64,000 bases of DNA from the human T2T-CHM13v2.0 reference genome, Homo sapiens, in the NCBI RefSeq assembly GCF_009914755.1, contig NC_060928.1; one strand, 5' to 3'. The notes under the pieces were generated by a model. That model was not told the origin of the DNA. It searched no databases and saw nothing but the letters and a program-made list of their open reading frames with translations. The position numbers and the translations under genes are program-made. Position 1 is the stretch's first letter. Each line of letters opens with the position of its first letter. Below are positions 1-14,407 of the stretch, in pieces.

Positions 1-570
1 AATTTCTTGCTATCTCACTCAGCCCCACCCAGGACGTGAATCATCGCTTTGTCCAGTGTATTCATAATGTATATGCTACCTGCCTGTTAGTCACTTAGCA
101 GCCCTCTCAGTTATCAGATGGACTGTCTTGGTATTGTAGTGTTTGTGTTCAAGTAACCCTTATTTTACTTAATAATGACCCCAAAATACAAAAGTAATGA
201 TGCTGGTAAACTGGGTATATCAAAGCAAAGCCATAAAGTGCTGCTTTTAAGTGAAACAGTAAAATTTCCCAACTAAATAAGAAAAGAAAAAAACTAAATG
301 CTGAGGTTGCTATGATTTAAGGCAAGAATTAATCTTCTATTCATGAAATTATGAAGGAAAAATAAATTTGTGCTACTTTTGGTGTTACACATCAAACTGC
401 AAAAGTTACAGCCACAGTGCTTAATAAATGTCTAGTTGTCATGGAAAAGGCATTAAATTTGTGGCTGGAAGACGTGAACAGAAACGTTCTGATTGACAAC
501 AATTGCATTTGGTACTATCTGCGGCTTCAGGCATCCAATGCGGGTCCTGGAACATACCACCCAGCCCCCA
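1..570 (+). mobile_element. MER44-like (Tigger7-derived) DNA transposon fossil, 5' end outside window
   Basis: Ends in ggtactatctgcggcttcaggcatccaatgcgggtcctggaac, resembling the MER44 terminus; internal aagtaacccttattttacttaataatg block typical of MER44. Confidence 0.7.
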
Positions 571-894
571 GCAAAAGTAGTTTTTGATATTGGAGAAAGA
601 GACAGAAAGAGAAAGGATAGTAGCTATGGAAGTTGCATTGCAGATTCCAAGAATGGAAGGAATTTAGAAAATGGAGCCTGTTTATGATATAATTTTCCAT
701 CTAAAAAGAAACTCCCACTGCAGTTTAAGATTTATAAATTAGACCTGTATTGATGTAAGACCAGAATAGTTTATATAATTTACAAAATATATTATTACCT
801 TTAAAAAACAGATCCCGACAAGGTGTGACTTCTTTAATTCTGGCATGGCCAGAGACAGCAGGGCAAGGTTTGCTGGGTCAAGAGTGACTTTTAT

Positions 895-1620
895 TCTCTA
901 ATACAATTATTGAGGTTTAATTAATATACAGTAAACAGAATATGTTTAAAGTATATGATTTGATACATTTTGACATATGAATGTACTCATGGAATTATAA
1001 CCACAATTAATGAATATACCCATCATACCCAAATGTTTCTTCTGATCTACTCTCCCCATTCCAAGGCAACCAGTGATCTGCATTCTGTCACTATAGATTA
1101 GTTTCAGTTTTCTAGAATGTTGTATAAATACAATAATCTAGTAGATATTCTTTTTTGGTCTGGATTTGTTTTTTCACTCAGGATAATGCCTTTGAGATTC
1201 ATCCAATTTTTTGGAGTATCAATTTCTCTCATCTTAGGGCTAAAACTCCTGCATTGTCTATCGTGGACTCCAATTGTGGATGTATTTATTTTTACTTGCA
1301 GATACATCAGTTTTTGCTTTATTTTTATTTAAATTATGTAGTCAGGTGCATACATATTTTAGGCTGCTATGTTCTCTTTAATAGTTGACTGGTTTACATT
1401 ATGAAATAATCCTCTGTCTCTGGTAATATTATTTGCTCTGAAATCTGCTGTCAGCTTTCTTTAATTAGTGCTAACACAGTACATCTTATTACATCTGTTT
1501 ATTTTTAACTACTTGTAAATGGATTTCTTGTAGGAAACATACAGTTGGTTTTGTTTGCATATATTCTGACAATCTCTGCCTTTGAATTGGTATGTTTATG
1601 TTATTCATATTTGTATTTAG
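895..1620 (-). mobile_element. Old L1M 3' end and ORF2 fragments
   Basis: Antisense L1M 3'UTR pattern (attattgaggtttaattaatatacagtaaac...ttttcactcaggataatgcctttgagattcatcca). Confidence 0.6.
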
Positions 1621-1869
1621 CCCAATTTCTCCTCTCTTTGTGCCAGTGTGTCACCTATCATATTTTGAAGGCAGTAACTCTTAAAACTTCAAATTATAGT
1701 TATTTCTCTTTGCTCTTTTTTCCAGACTAAAGAAGTAAATTTATAATTATAACTTGGCATCCAATATGTTTTTTTTTCAGTGCCATAATGCTTTGGCAAC
1801 TGATAAGAACCACTATAGTCTGCTTAAAAGGTATAATTCTCATTGTAAAGCTATCCATTAATATTCCTT

Positions 1870-2268
1870 GTGTTGACCTAAAAGAAGAAACTGAGACAAA
1901 GTTAATATAGTTTCTTTGGAACACACTTCCAAGTTTTAATGGGGAGTGCTCCCTTCAGTCTTTGTTGCAAGCATATTTTTGAAGGCAAGAAAGGGGAACA
2001 ACAAGTGGGCTGATACAAAATTGTTCATCAGGAATTCTCACTGGTTTACGGAAATAACATTGATTTGTGATTAGCTGTACATTGTTGAGCTATAGGATAT
2101 GGTATCAGGATGAGACATTATTAGGTTAACTTATAGTTACTGGTGGCAACAGCAAGCAGTTTCAAGAGAATATTACATAGATCAAGGGGGGAGATAAAAT
2201 GTGATTGCCGTCTCATTTTAATGCCTCTCTGGGCCTGATAATTTAAAAAGTCTTGCATTCCTCAGATT
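1870..2268. mobile_element. ERV1/MER4-group solo LTR (subfamily uncertain)
   Basis: Begins tgttgacctaaaagaagaaactgagacaaagttaatata, resembling MER4-group LTR termini; ~400 bp. Confidence 0.45.
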
Positions 2269-2270
2269 AG

Positions 2271-2303
<33 letters not shown>

Positions 2304-2460
2304 CATGCACATGTTTATATATGTAAAACATATTTATATCATATATTCATATTATATCTATATTTATATTAGATACTATATCATATATAATAATTTTATA
2401 TTACATATAATATATAATAAGATATTTCATATCATAATATGATATATATACATCTCTCTC
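2271..2460. repeat. (CA)n microsatellite followed by TA-rich low-complexity tract
   Basis: Directly visible. Confidence 0.9.
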
Positions 2461-2699
2461 TCACTGGGTATGTAGCTGTCTTTGTAACCAGGGCTAACCC
2501 CGAGAAACTAACCCTGCTGAGTGTACTAATATCCTTCAGAGCTGAGGTTTGTGTCTTTGAACATGATTCTCTCATTGAGGTACTATCACCCTTTGAAGCC
2601 TTGAATGGGTGCTCTACCTTCCCAAATAGTTCTATTCTCTCCCTAACTACAACAGAACCTGGTTTTAAATGAATATTTCTTAAAGAGTGTCTATGGGGC

Positions 2700-2860
2700 A
2701 TTTAAACATTGGAATCATCTGGGACATGGCTTGTGAATATAGATTTCTGGGCCCAAATTTAGACTAACTGAATTTATCTCAGGCATGAAGGCTCCATGAA
2801 TCTGCATTTTTAGTAAGTTTCCCAGGTGATTTTTCATGTACACTCAAGTTTGAAAACCGT
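2700..2860. mobile_element. MER5-like hAT-Charlie element
   Basis: gaatctgcatttttagtaagtttcccaggtgatt...caagtttgaaaacc motif. Confidence 0.65.
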
Positions 2861-3175
2861 CATTCTATAACATGAACTCTGATAATTAGATGTTGTACTC
2901 ATCCTCTGAATTTACAATAATATTTATAGAAAATTTACCCTGGTATTTTACTTTTTACTCCTGTATTACTATATTATAGAAATCATTGGCAAAAATAAAT
3001 TTTAAAATTTTGAAATTTAAAATAAATAAAAATGGAAGTTATAATATTTTATGCCCACATTCAAATAGGTTGCATTTTTATCTCCCCATTTTGTAGACTT
3101 CTGTTCAAAACTTTGGGGGAATCTTGGTAGGATGATGTCTATTTTCATTAATTTCATAAGAAAGAACCAAAACAA

Positions 3176-3266
3176 GCCAGGAAGGGTGGCATATGCCTGT
3201 AATCCCAGCTACTTGGGACACTGACATGAGAGGATTGGTTGAGGCCAGAAGTTTGAAACCAGCCTG
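3176..3266 (+). mobile_element. FLAM/Alu monomer, 5' part (interrupted by L1)
   Basis: gccaggaagggtggcatatgcctgtaatcccagctacttggg...gaaaccagcctg. Confidence 0.8.
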
Positions 3267-4218
3267 AATTTCTGAAGGAACTTAAAACAGAATTAGCATT
3301 CAACACAGCAATCCCACTATTGGCTATATACCCAAAGGAATATAAATCATTCTATCATAAAAACACATGCATATGTATGTTCATTACAGAACTATTCACA
3401 ATAGTAAAGACATGAAATCAACCTAGGGCCTATCAATGGTGGATTGGATAAAGAAAATGTGGCATTATATACACCATAGAATACTACGCAGCCATAAAAA
3501 AGAATGAGATTATTTCTTTTGCAGCAACATGAATGGAGGTGGAGGCCATTATCCTAAGTGAACTAACACAGGAATAGAACCGAATACCACATGTTCTCAC
3601 CTATAAGTGGGAGTTAAACATTGAGTACATATGGATGTAAAAAAGGAACCAATAGGCACTGGAGGCCTACTTGAGTGTGTAGGGTGAGAGGAGGGTGAAT
3701 GTGAATGTATTAGTCCATTCTCACGCTGCTATAAGGAACTTCCCGAGACGGGGTAATTTATAAAGGAAAGAGGTTTAATTGACTCACAGTTCTGCATGGC
3801 TGGGGAGGCCTCAGGAAACTTACAATCATGGCAGAAGGGGAAGCAAACACATCCTTTTCACATGGCAGCAGGAGATAGAAGAGCAAAGGGGGAAACCCCT
3901 TATAAAACCATCAGATCTGGTGAGAACTTACTCACTATCACAAGAACAGTATGTGGGAACCACCCCATGATGCAATTATCTCCACCTGGTCCTGCCCTTG
4001 ACATATGCGGATTATTAGAATTCAAGGTGAGATTTGGGTGGGGACACAGAGCCAAACCCTATCAGTGAGGATTGAAAAACTACCTATTGAGCACTATACT
4101 TATTACCTGGGTGATAAAATAATTCATACACTGAATCCTCATGACATGCAATTTACCTATACCACAAACCTCCATATGAACTCCTGAACCTAAAATAAAA
4201 ATTTAAAGAAAAACAAGA
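3267..4218 (+). mobile_element. 5'-truncated L1 (L1PA15/16-like) 3' end
   Basis: ORF2 end and 3'UTR motifs, A-rich tail, 12-bp TSD gaaaccagcctg at 3255-3266 and 4219-4230. Confidence 0.85.
3706..4064 (-). mobile_element. THE1/MST (ERVL-MaLR) solo LTR
   Basis: tgtattagtccattctcac...gggacacagagccaaaccctatca termini; 5-bp flanks gtgaa/gtgag. Confidence 0.9.
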
Positions 4219-4280
4219 GAAACCAGCCTGGCCAACATAGCCAGCCAACATTTTTTAATAGACCTCATCTCTATTAAAAG
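4219..4280 (+). mobile_element. FLAM/Alu monomer, 3' part
   Basis: gaaaccagcctggccaacatag...agacctcatctctattaaaa continues the monomer broken at 3266. Confidence 0.75.
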
Positions 4281-4321
4281 AAGAAGAAGAAGGAGGAGGA
4301 GGAGGAGGGAAGGAGGAGGAG

Positions 4322-4351
<30 letters not shown>
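4277..4351. repeat. (GAA)n/(GGA)n purine tract derived from the Alu tail
   Basis: Directly visible. Confidence 0.9.
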
Positions 4352-4352
<1 letters not shown>

Positions 4353-5129
4353 CAGCAAAACAAAATTTTTTGGAGAATTGATTCTCAACCATGATTATGT
4401 CTTGGCTACACTCCAGTCCAATAAATATGAATATGGGATGGGACTCAGGCATTAGCGTTTTAAAATGTGATCCTGGTGTGCAAAAATGGTTGAAAACCTC
4501 TCGATTGAACATGTGTGGGAAGCACTTGGAGAGCTTATTAGAACACGGATCCTTGGCTCTACTTGCAGTTAGGTCTAGGTGGGGCTGAAATTTTATGTTT
4601 TTAACACAATTTTTTGTATTTGTAACAAAATATTGCTGCACTCAGTAGCAAACTGCTTCATGGTGATCGTATGGTCTCTCAAGACTTTTAGACGGTCTTC
4701 ATCACTGAAAATATCACATAGCTTTTAGTAATTAAATCTTAGATTCAGCCTATGCCTACATTAATAAGTTATTCCTTTGAGACAAAATTATTATTTAAAA
4801 CAGTTTAATTATGGCTTTTTCTTGAGTATTTGAGAAAGCCCAATTATCATTCATGTACACTAGGTGATGTTGACCATAAATGCTCTGATCTAAATTAACA
4901 TAACAGCCATGTGATCTGGACCACATGACCAAGACCTACTGAGATGACCACGACCTGCCCACAAGTGTATTGACCTGCCCTTCCCTTTTGCTGTAATTGT
5001 TGTTCAATAGATACATTCTTGATATAAGATGGGGCATGATTCCTATGATTGAAGTTTCTCTTTTTTTCCCAGATTTTCATCTTCTCAAACTTCCTTGGTA
5101 CCAGTTCTCTAATTGTGTAGACACAGAGG

Positions 5130-5285
5130 AAGCGGCAGTGAGGAGACTCAGGTCTAGCCTGACTTTGCCATTAGCTCTCTGTAAGTTTAAGAAAGGAATT
5201 TTAAATTTTCTGGGCCTCATTTTCCGTATCTAGAAAATGATTTGGACAAAATGAATGTTCTTAAGTTCCTTTCCAGTTCTAAAAT
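5130..5285 (+). mobile_element. MIR/MIR3 SINE
   Basis: tctgggcctcattttccgtatctagaaaatg core and aagttcctttccagttctaaaatt tail. Confidence 0.6.
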
Positions 5286-6399
5286 TGTTTTCTGTATCGT
5301 TTCACAAAATACTATTCCCAGAGCAAACAAGTTGTTTATTATGTGAAAGAGTTTGTGATGGTTCAGTAATTCAGTATACTGAAAAAAAAGCATTAGCTTT
5401 TCAGCTTTTGGGGCATAGTAAATACAATTAAAATGGGTATAGTTCCATTGTGGCTTTGCTGGATCTAGTTGTGGCCAGGAAACCTCTCCACAGAATATAT
5501 TTGAAACAATTAAAATCATCAGTTTTAATCTTCCTTTGGCAAAATGAAGGGGCTGTGTTCTGCTGGCAGAAATTATAATCTTCTGTATAAAAGTCCATGT
5601 GGCAAATAAAGAAACTTGAGAACATTATTGTCAGATTCAAAAAGGGAAGATTAGTGGTTTTTAATAAGACCATGATTTGGAACTTTGAATCTGTTACCCC
5701 CATATAGAGCTGCTAGGTAATGGCCAGTGACCTGTTGTAAAGAAGAATTTAAAAGTTGGGATTCAGTTTATCATTCATTTTAGGGCTAACAAACTAGAAA
5801 CGTATAATGCTTAGAGAGAAATAATAAGCACTTTAATTGTTTTACAGAAAAAAGAGCACTTGTAAATGAGTGGAATTCTTGAATGGTTAAGAGTGAGTTT
5901 TATAATTAACATTTAGTAACAAACTTCAAATTGGAAGGAAGTTGGAGGGAAACTCCTAACAATTGCTTCTTATTCCTAGTATAGCTCCTCAGAGGCAAAG
6001 ACTTTAATATCTTCTATTTTCAGTTCTTATTATTACTTTCACGGCTTTAAATAATGTGCTTCTACTACTATTTCTTGATTTATCAGTGTTTTCTAATCTG
6101 ACAAACTTGACAAGTTAGTGCCTTTATATGTACAATGGTTACTGGTGTATTTGGAGTTATTTCTACAATTTCATGTTGTGTTTTCATTTTCTCCACTTAA
6201 ATGCTTTTCCCTTCCCCCACCCTTTTCTGCCTTCTTGGATTTATCAAAGTTTTATAAATATTTTGTCCCCACTTTCTATTATTTATTTGCTTTTGCTAGT
6301 TTAGAAGTTGTAATTTATATGTCTTCTGGATATTTAACATACTTAAATTATTGATTTTCAAATGTTAAACCAAATTTATGATAGACATATAAATCCAAC

Positions 6400-6790
6400 T
6401 TGGTCATGATATAGTATTATTTTCATATATTGCTGCTTCTAAGATGATAAAATTTTGTTTGGAATTTTTTACACCTATGTTTGTGAATGAGATAGGCTTA
6501 TAATTTTCTTTTCTTTTACTGCCATTGTTGGCATTTGCTATCCAGGCAGTGTTAATTCTCAAAACCAGTTGAATTAGTTGAAAACTGAAATACTTGTTCA
6601 ATTCTCTGGAAGAGTTTGTATGCAGTTAAAATTATTTTTTCTTAAATGTCTGGCAGAACTCAGTGGTGAAACAATCTAGATCTGGAGTTTTTTGGTAGGA
6701 AGTTTTACATTACCGACTTGATTAATTTAATATTAAACCATATTCAGGTTTTAATTTTAGTTTTTTTTATTTTTCACTGTGTCTATTCTG
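6400..6790 (-). mobile_element. L1M ORF2 fragment
   Basis: Minus-strand translation contains KENYKPISFTNIGVK, the L1 RT YRPISL-type motif. Confidence 0.7.
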
Positions 6791-7600
6791 ATGAAATGTT
6801 TTCAGAATATGTCTCTACAAATTTCAAAATTTTTGCTCTTGGATCTGTAATAATTTCTGTTGTTTCATGACTAAAACTGGATCTCTTTCTCCTGACCACA
6901 CTCTCAATTTTGTATTTATTTTCTATTTTGTTAACACATTTTCCTCAGCTTTTTTCTCCCAGGATTTTGGCATGTCTCTTGTGTGTGTTTCAACAACTAT
7001 ATTTTGTCATAGGTAGCAGTAGCTGCTCATTTGCTTTTCAATGTTTTCAGAAAATGACCTCAGCATATCCAGTTCCGTTCTGAGAAAGTTCTGAATTAGG
7101 TGAAACAGAGGCAAGACCTTATGTCATTCCTTCAGAGAATTCCCACACAGGTCAAAACACACAAACACAATTTCTTTAGAACAAGGTTAATTTTTCTCCC
7201 TTTGATACCAAAGACACATCAGAAACATCGGATGCTGTCTTCAAATAAGTCAGTGAGTTGGAGTTGGGCAAGGGTAAGTTAAAATGACACAAAATTCTTC
7301 TACTGTGTGTAAGTGCCCTTATATTTTATAATTGTACATTTCCTTGATTATTATGAACCTTTGATTAAAAAAAATCTTTCCAAAGTTCTGACAAATGTGA
7401 TTCTGACAGCTTTTGCCCATTTGGGGGCCCATCATTCTTTGAAATCATTTATCTTCTAACTACTTGTGATAGATTTTTTGATCACTTTTTAGAGCTATGT
7501 ATTTCCTCAGCATAATGTTTTAGTTGCATCCTATACATTTTGATCTAAAATATTTTCAGTTTATAAAAAAAGGCAGATCTGAGTGGAGCCAAGGGTGGAC

Positions 7601-8030
7601 TGTAGTGGATTCTGTGATGTGCTTTCTAGATTTCCCTTCTAGAAAAAATGACTTAATTCCTTCAGCTGCTGAGAGTCCTCCTGGCAGATTGCCTACAGCT
7701 CTAGTTTCCCTTCAGGTACTCCCTTGGATGATGACAGCTGACTCACTCAAGGTTACATTTCTTCCTTCAGCACTTTGTGTCCAGTGCCTGATTGACATCA
7801 AATATAAATTCCTGACCCTTTTCCCCCAGCTTGGGGCAATGCTGAAGGGTCAGCTTCAAAACTCTTCATAGAATCATCTGAGATTTCTGTTCGAATTTCA
7901 TCACAGCTGGCCTTCTCTCGTTGCTCAATCTGATTTCTTCTTTTTCCATCTACGGATACTGATCCTCAAAGTTATTTCTAAAAGTCCTCTGGCAGAGTGA
8001 TCTTTGTGTCAGTCTTCTTTTCAAGGATTA
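7601..8030 (+). mobile_element. LTR16-like (ERVL) solo LTR
   Basis: Begins tgtagtggattctgtgatgtgctttctagatttcccttc, similar to the LTR16 5' end. Confidence 0.55.
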
Positions 8031-11000
8031 AACCGTGAAGAAAGTCTTTCTAGAGAAATTGTTAGCCAACTTGGGAACTAGAGTAAATGTGCACAAGAAT
8101 GTATACAGAACCAACAGCTCATATTCTTGGAGCAAAGAAGGTATGTGCATGTGTGTGTGTAAGAGTGGAGTCATTGTGAGAAAGTATGGCAGTATGAGAG
8201 ATAGACCTAGAAAAGCACATTTTGGCTAGATCACAAAGGATCTCATAATCTGTTTGAGAAGTTTGAGACCTTAGATCCAAGAATATGGGGGAATCAAGAA
8301 TCCATTGAAATAGTAAAGAAATTATCATTTCTTGAAATGTGATGGCACTTAGCCAACAACAAATGTTTGCAGATAGAAATGATCACTAAGTGATTACAGA
8401 GTTTCTAACTACACACTTCCTTATTAGAGGTCCATTCCACTGTTGACTTACCCAGCAGGATTCTGGAAAATGTTTTTACTCTGTTTGGGACCATGCAGCC
8501 TCCTACTCATGGCTTGCAGGCAAATGGAACCCATAGGGAAAATTCTGCAGACTGTTAGTTTCAGATATGCAACCGGATCACTGCTGTGTCTTATTAAAGG
8601 CATAAATCTGAACTTGTGCTAAATACATACAAAGGAAATTTGATTTATACATCTTTATAACATAAAAAGAGTTAGTCCAGTTTCCAAAGGCAGCCTACCT
8701 GTCTCTTAAATGATCAACACCATGGTAATAGTTTCCAATAGGTAATACCAGTGACAGCTAGAATGCAACAATTATACATTAAATGCAAAATAATACCCAC
8801 TTCTTCAATTGCCAATAATTCATCAGATATGGAAAAATGCTGATTTGTTCATTGTAAAAATTGCAGTTAAAAATTGAGCTATTTGGTTAGGAATCTCTAT
8901 AAGTATCAAGGGCATCAGAGTAAGTGTGGGTGGCAAAAGGAGAATAAATGAGAGGAAGAGAGGAATGTGAAGGGATATATCTACCTATGATTGATCAAAG
9001 AGAAAAATGATGCTTTTCTAAAGATTTGAGCAAGCACTTCAAAACTGTCACCAGCAGGAAAGTCAGCAGAGTCACTTTGATAATGCATTCAGCCAAATGT
9101 TGCAAATCCTGTTGCATAACACAATACTTCAAAAGCAGTATTGGAACTCCTGAGTGACAAACTATTAATTTTACCACTTCATTGTATCCAGAAACAAAAA
9201 AATGTGTGTGTACGGAGTTCCATGGGGAAAAAAAAACACAATAACTGGTAGGCAAAGTGGTATTTTATGGTCTATATTGGGCTCAGAGTAGCTGCTACAA
9301 CAATGAAAACCACCACGATTTAGTAGCTTAACGTGAGAAGTTATTTCTCACTGATTTAATAGTCTAATAAGGACTAGTTGTATGTGCCCACCTACCTGTT
9401 TGGGAGGGTGGAGAATGTCATCTATGTCTGTGGAGCCACTTCCCAAAGTCATCTCTGTATTCTGGCAATTTTGGAGGGCATTTAACTTTCTCTTCCACAT
9501 GAGCCATCACTCTCCTCAGAAAATAGCAGTGAACCCCCTTTTGAGTTACTTTTCTGATAATTTCTTCATTAGTAAGGCCACATTTGAACTGTATCAAATC
9601 TTCTGCATGTTGAAATAAAAATCATTGTATTCAGCTCAATTTGACACAAAAATATTATTAAGGATCCTACGTTGTTGAAGTACTGTGCTAGAGTCTGTGA
9701 ATGATGTTAGTAAGATATTATTAACGTCTGTAGGGAATTCATAGGGAATGTATTCTAATGAAACCAAATTTCAATACACTATAGTAAGTGCTGGTCTCTT
9801 TTAAGAATGCTAGATGCTTACTCTTTCTATATTTTAAGATGCCATAATTCCTTAGAGGATTAATTGTCACAAATTCAAATACAGTTGTATTGACATTTAA
9901 ATTAAGTTTACATATGTCATGTGTCAAAAAATGAAACTCAATAAAACTTTAGTAAATCTCTGAAATATAACCATATAGAGAAATTGACTTTGTATAAAAA
10001 TTGTTTGATTTTAAAGGAAAGTCTTCCCCATTCTGTCTTTTGGAATAACAGCATCAAGCAGTCAGGCTAGCCAAATGTCATTTTTATTCCATAACATAAC
10101 ACACCCAGTCAGTCTTTTATTAACTTACTAATAATTGATACTTTGTTTTAATTAGTTCAAGAAGTTTTGCCCAGCACTTAGGAGTTTGACATGTCAAATA
10201 ACAGTACAACTGCAGCCATTTAATAAACAGTTTATCCTGACTATGTCATTACTTCCTATGTTCTTTAGTGGCCTCCACAGCTGAGATGAACCGTTTCTCA
10301 TTCCACTGTCACACTTTTTGATAAAGAATGAAATGCATTTAGGATCTTCATATGTAACTAGATATTGTAATAGAAAGAAACTAAACCAAAATGGCCTGGG
10401 ACTGCCGTTATATGACCTGAGATATGTATTCAACCATTCAGTGTCTCAGTTGCTTCATGAGTGAATTCAGAGTTTCAGATTAACAAAGTTTCAAGACCCA
10501 GTGTATTCTGCTTGCTGAGTCTACTATTCTAACACATTTTGGTAGAATGATGTCATCTATGCAGGGAATTCTAAAGTAAAAAAGTTACAGTGGATATAGG
10601 CTATTTCAACAATAGTCCTTGTGTTATTTAGATGTAAACTTATGTATATGGGGATAGTACATTGACTATTTGGAAATTAGTTTTCCTTACAGTATCTTCT
10701 GTTTATTCTTTAGCCTCTTTTGTGCTATATCTTGCTTCTTATCCCCATAAATGCAAATTATTAACTCCCTGAAACTTATTCCATGAAGTACATGGTTAAA
10801 AATTTGCACAGTTCTTCATGTTTGGCAAAATTTTACTGAGGAAAATAATGTATTAAAAATAAATAGGCTTGGTTTGGGGAATGCTTCCAATTTTGAATCT
10901 TTGGCAGGAATGGGCTTCTACAGGAAAATAAAATTAGCCAAAGCTCTAGCTCAAAATCTTTTGAAAGATAAAGCTATGGGGCTTACTCTAATGTGTTCAA

Positions 11001-12448
11001 GGTGTCCATGTACTTTGAGAGCAGCTAATAATAAGCTCCCTGGAAAATATGATGAAAACGTTGGCAGATTATCAGAGTTCAAAAAAATCAACTTCATGTA
11101 CATCCAAGACTACCATTTCCAAAATAGATTCTAGTATTTCAGGTTTATCATTTCATTTGGAATGTTAACTTTGGGAGTGTGGGAAGCGTTTTTCATAATC
11201 ACAGGGAAGGGGACAGTAAGCTTGCCTCCCACATTCAATGTGTATCCTCATACTGTTTTATTTTAGCATCTGAAATTCAAAGTAGCTTCCTCCAAAGCAA
11301 GAGCCCACCCAGGAGCTGAAATGCAAGGAGTATATGGAGAAATTTGTGGTGAAATTTTGCCACAGTCCCTGAAAGCTCTCTTTCTTGTATTTTTCTGAAA
11401 TTGATATGTTCTACTCACCAAATTCAACCTTTAGGAATTCTGTCACAACACTGTATTTTTCTCAGAGTGATTGGGCTTCAAGAGTGACTAAAGATATTAT
11501 TTTGCTGTTCCAAAATACAGAAAACCCAATAAAAATATTTCAGATCATGAAAATCTTCCTAGTAATTCAGTGATACCTAAAGTTCACAGAAAACAGTTTA
11601 ATTTTCTTAACTGAATAAGTAAACTCTCTTTTTGTTCAGGAATTATATAACTTCCAGCAGTCATTTTCAAGTAAGGAGGTAAAACGAAGGTTATTTTAGA
11701 ATCTCTTGTGACACTTTGTCAAACCACACATTCTCTCCTCTCAACAGGCCCCACTCTTTCCCAAAGATTCTAGCACATTCCTACCCTGGGGGCAGCATGG
11801 ATAGAATGTGCCACTGTGATCAGTAGCTACTTAGAAGAGTGGGCTGTATCTCCTGAATATTGGGGTTGGAAAAAGGTTGAGATACACAGCTCCTCTGTCT
11901 TCAAGCAATATTTCTCAACAGTGTCCCTAGATCTCAGGGGATTCATAAAGTTAGTAATGGAGACCTACAGGCAATGTTCACTATTTTTTAAAGCAACCTT
12001 ATAGAAACTGTGTATCTACTGACAATAAAGCTGCTCCAGCTGCAGGCTAAAACCTTGTCTCTTGTCTTCAAGCTAAAGTTATATAAACTCCTGGTGATAT
12101 GCTAACTATTGCAAGCTCTTTGGAAGTTCTGAGGAAGTTACATGTTCCCTAGTGAATAGAAGTGGAAAAATGTATTTCTATTTAAGTCTGTTCATTTGAT
12201 AGAACATTTCAAAAAATGAGACACATAGATAAAACATAATTAAAAGGTCACTTGGAAGCTAAGTTTTGGAAACCATTGACCTAAAATAAGGTAGAACTGA
12301 GCATAGGGAAGATATCTGTTGATTTCTCTTTAATTAATAACTTACTTATTAATAGTATCACACACATATATATATAAGCACATATATACATACATTGTTC
12401 TAAAATAGGACTGAAGAAAGAACAGCAAATCTATAAGAATAGGGTTCT

Positions 12449-12739
12449 GGCTGGGTACGGTGGCTCATGCCTGTAATCCTGCACTTTGGGAGGATGAGGT
12501 GGGCGGATCATGAGGTCAGGAGATCAAGACTATCCTCACCAACATGGTGAAACCCCATCTCTATTAAAATACAAAAATAGCCAGGTGAGGTGGCATGCGC
12601 CTGTAGTCCCAGCTACTCAGGAGTCTGAGTCAGGAGAATTGCTTGAACCTGGGAAGCAGAGGCTTCAGTGAGCAGAGATTGTGCCACTGCACTCCAGCCT
12701 GGGCAACAGAGTGAGACTCCATCTCAAAAAAAAAAAAAA
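12449..12739 (+). mobile_element. AluS (AluSc-like), with (AT)n after the poly(A)
   Basis: Full dimeric Alu sequence. Confidence 0.95.
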
Positions 12740-14407
12740 TATATATATATATATATATGTAGCTGTAATCATTTATTAATTTTAATTCTGATCTTTTAAA
12801 ATTATTCATGTTTATTTATTTCCAGTAAGTTTGAATTCCACATGCTTGCACTTCCTGGGATGGGCACTGTGGGTGGTGAGATTGTGGGAGGCTCAACTTC
12901 AGAATGTGCTTTTACAAAATTCATATCATCAGCAAGTTCTGGGTCTTACATAAGGTAGGAATGCTTGTCCTTAAAAGTATATCTGCAAATACAATGCTAT
13001 TAATACTACTTTTCCATATAATGAATTATAAATTAACGTGTGGACATTGGGTCTCTCTCATTCTATTGTAGAATTAGCAAAAATTTCCACCAGCAAACTG
13101 TTATTAGAAAGGTTGCTGATAAGCCATAAAAATCATAGAGCAGAAGTAAGAGGCTTTGGAAGCTACAGGTATTAACTTTTGAGAAACAGAAAGTTAGTTC
13201 TCCTTTTCTCTGTCTTCTTTCTAATTGCATTTAGAGTTGGAGGAAAAGACAAAAGATGACAGAGCTTTATTAAATGGCAGTGAGGGACAGAGATATGAGA
13301 AGGTGACATAAATTTAAGCTGAACAAGGATCCGCAACTGCTATCTTGATCTCTAAGGGATCTAGTTAGAAAGCAATAAAAGCTGACTTGGTAATATTCCT
13401 GCATGGAATAAGGGTGTCTTCTAATTCTAAAACTACAGTGTATTCTAGAAGAATTCTGCTTTTTAAAGCAATCACCAACAAGTTCTTGAGATTCCAGGTC
13501 ATCCAGTTAAGGAGCTTGAACAGGGAGCAAAAATACATTATCAATATCAACCTCAATTTATTCACTTATTTATTTAAAAATACTTTGACATTCTTGGGGT
13601 GATAGTAAATTATACTGTATTCACTATTCAGCTGGTGGCCATAGTGGCTCCTTAATCAAGTTTTGACAAAAGGAGTTTGGAATAGAGAAAGAGAGAAAAG
13701 AAATGAAGAAAGCCAAGCATTTAGATTGTGAAATAACATTATATGGACTCATCTTTTTGAAATCCCTTCCTTATCTCTGCCTGTTTCCATTGTGAAGCAG
13801 CAATAATAATCAGAAACTCAAAAGCAATTTGGCTTGTATAAAGTATCTTTACTCTTGTCAATGTACATTCTATCTGGACAGCAGAGGAGAGAGGAAGTTA
13901 AGGTGGAAGTGACTCAAAGACCAACATAAAATAGATTCTTCATTCTGTGGTCTATCGAGTCAGAGGGCACTTAACAAAGTCAGGAGGGAAGTTTTCCTGG
14001 TCTATATGTGCTCTGAGTGTCTAACTCATAGCCAATGGCCTAAAAAATCAGCTGCATGGAAAAAAAATCAGGTATCACTGTCCCTCTGTCAGCAAATCCA
14101 AAGTTATACTCACCCTGTTGAATTCAGTGACTTTTCTTTTTAATCTTTTATATTCTTCCTTCTCATTACATTGCTTAACCTAGTGCTCTGTATACACAAT
14201 GGCCACTCAACCATTGTGGGCAGGTTGGAAACAAGATAAATCTGAAAGAGTAGCATGGCCTGTAGCTTCCAAGGCTTCTTATCTCTGTTCTATGATTTTT
14301 ATGCCTTAGAAACAACCTTCCTAATACAGGATTATTTTTTAATAGTTCTGTAATGGAATGAGAGAGACTCAATGTCCAGACCTGAATTTATACTTAATTA
14401 TACAGTA

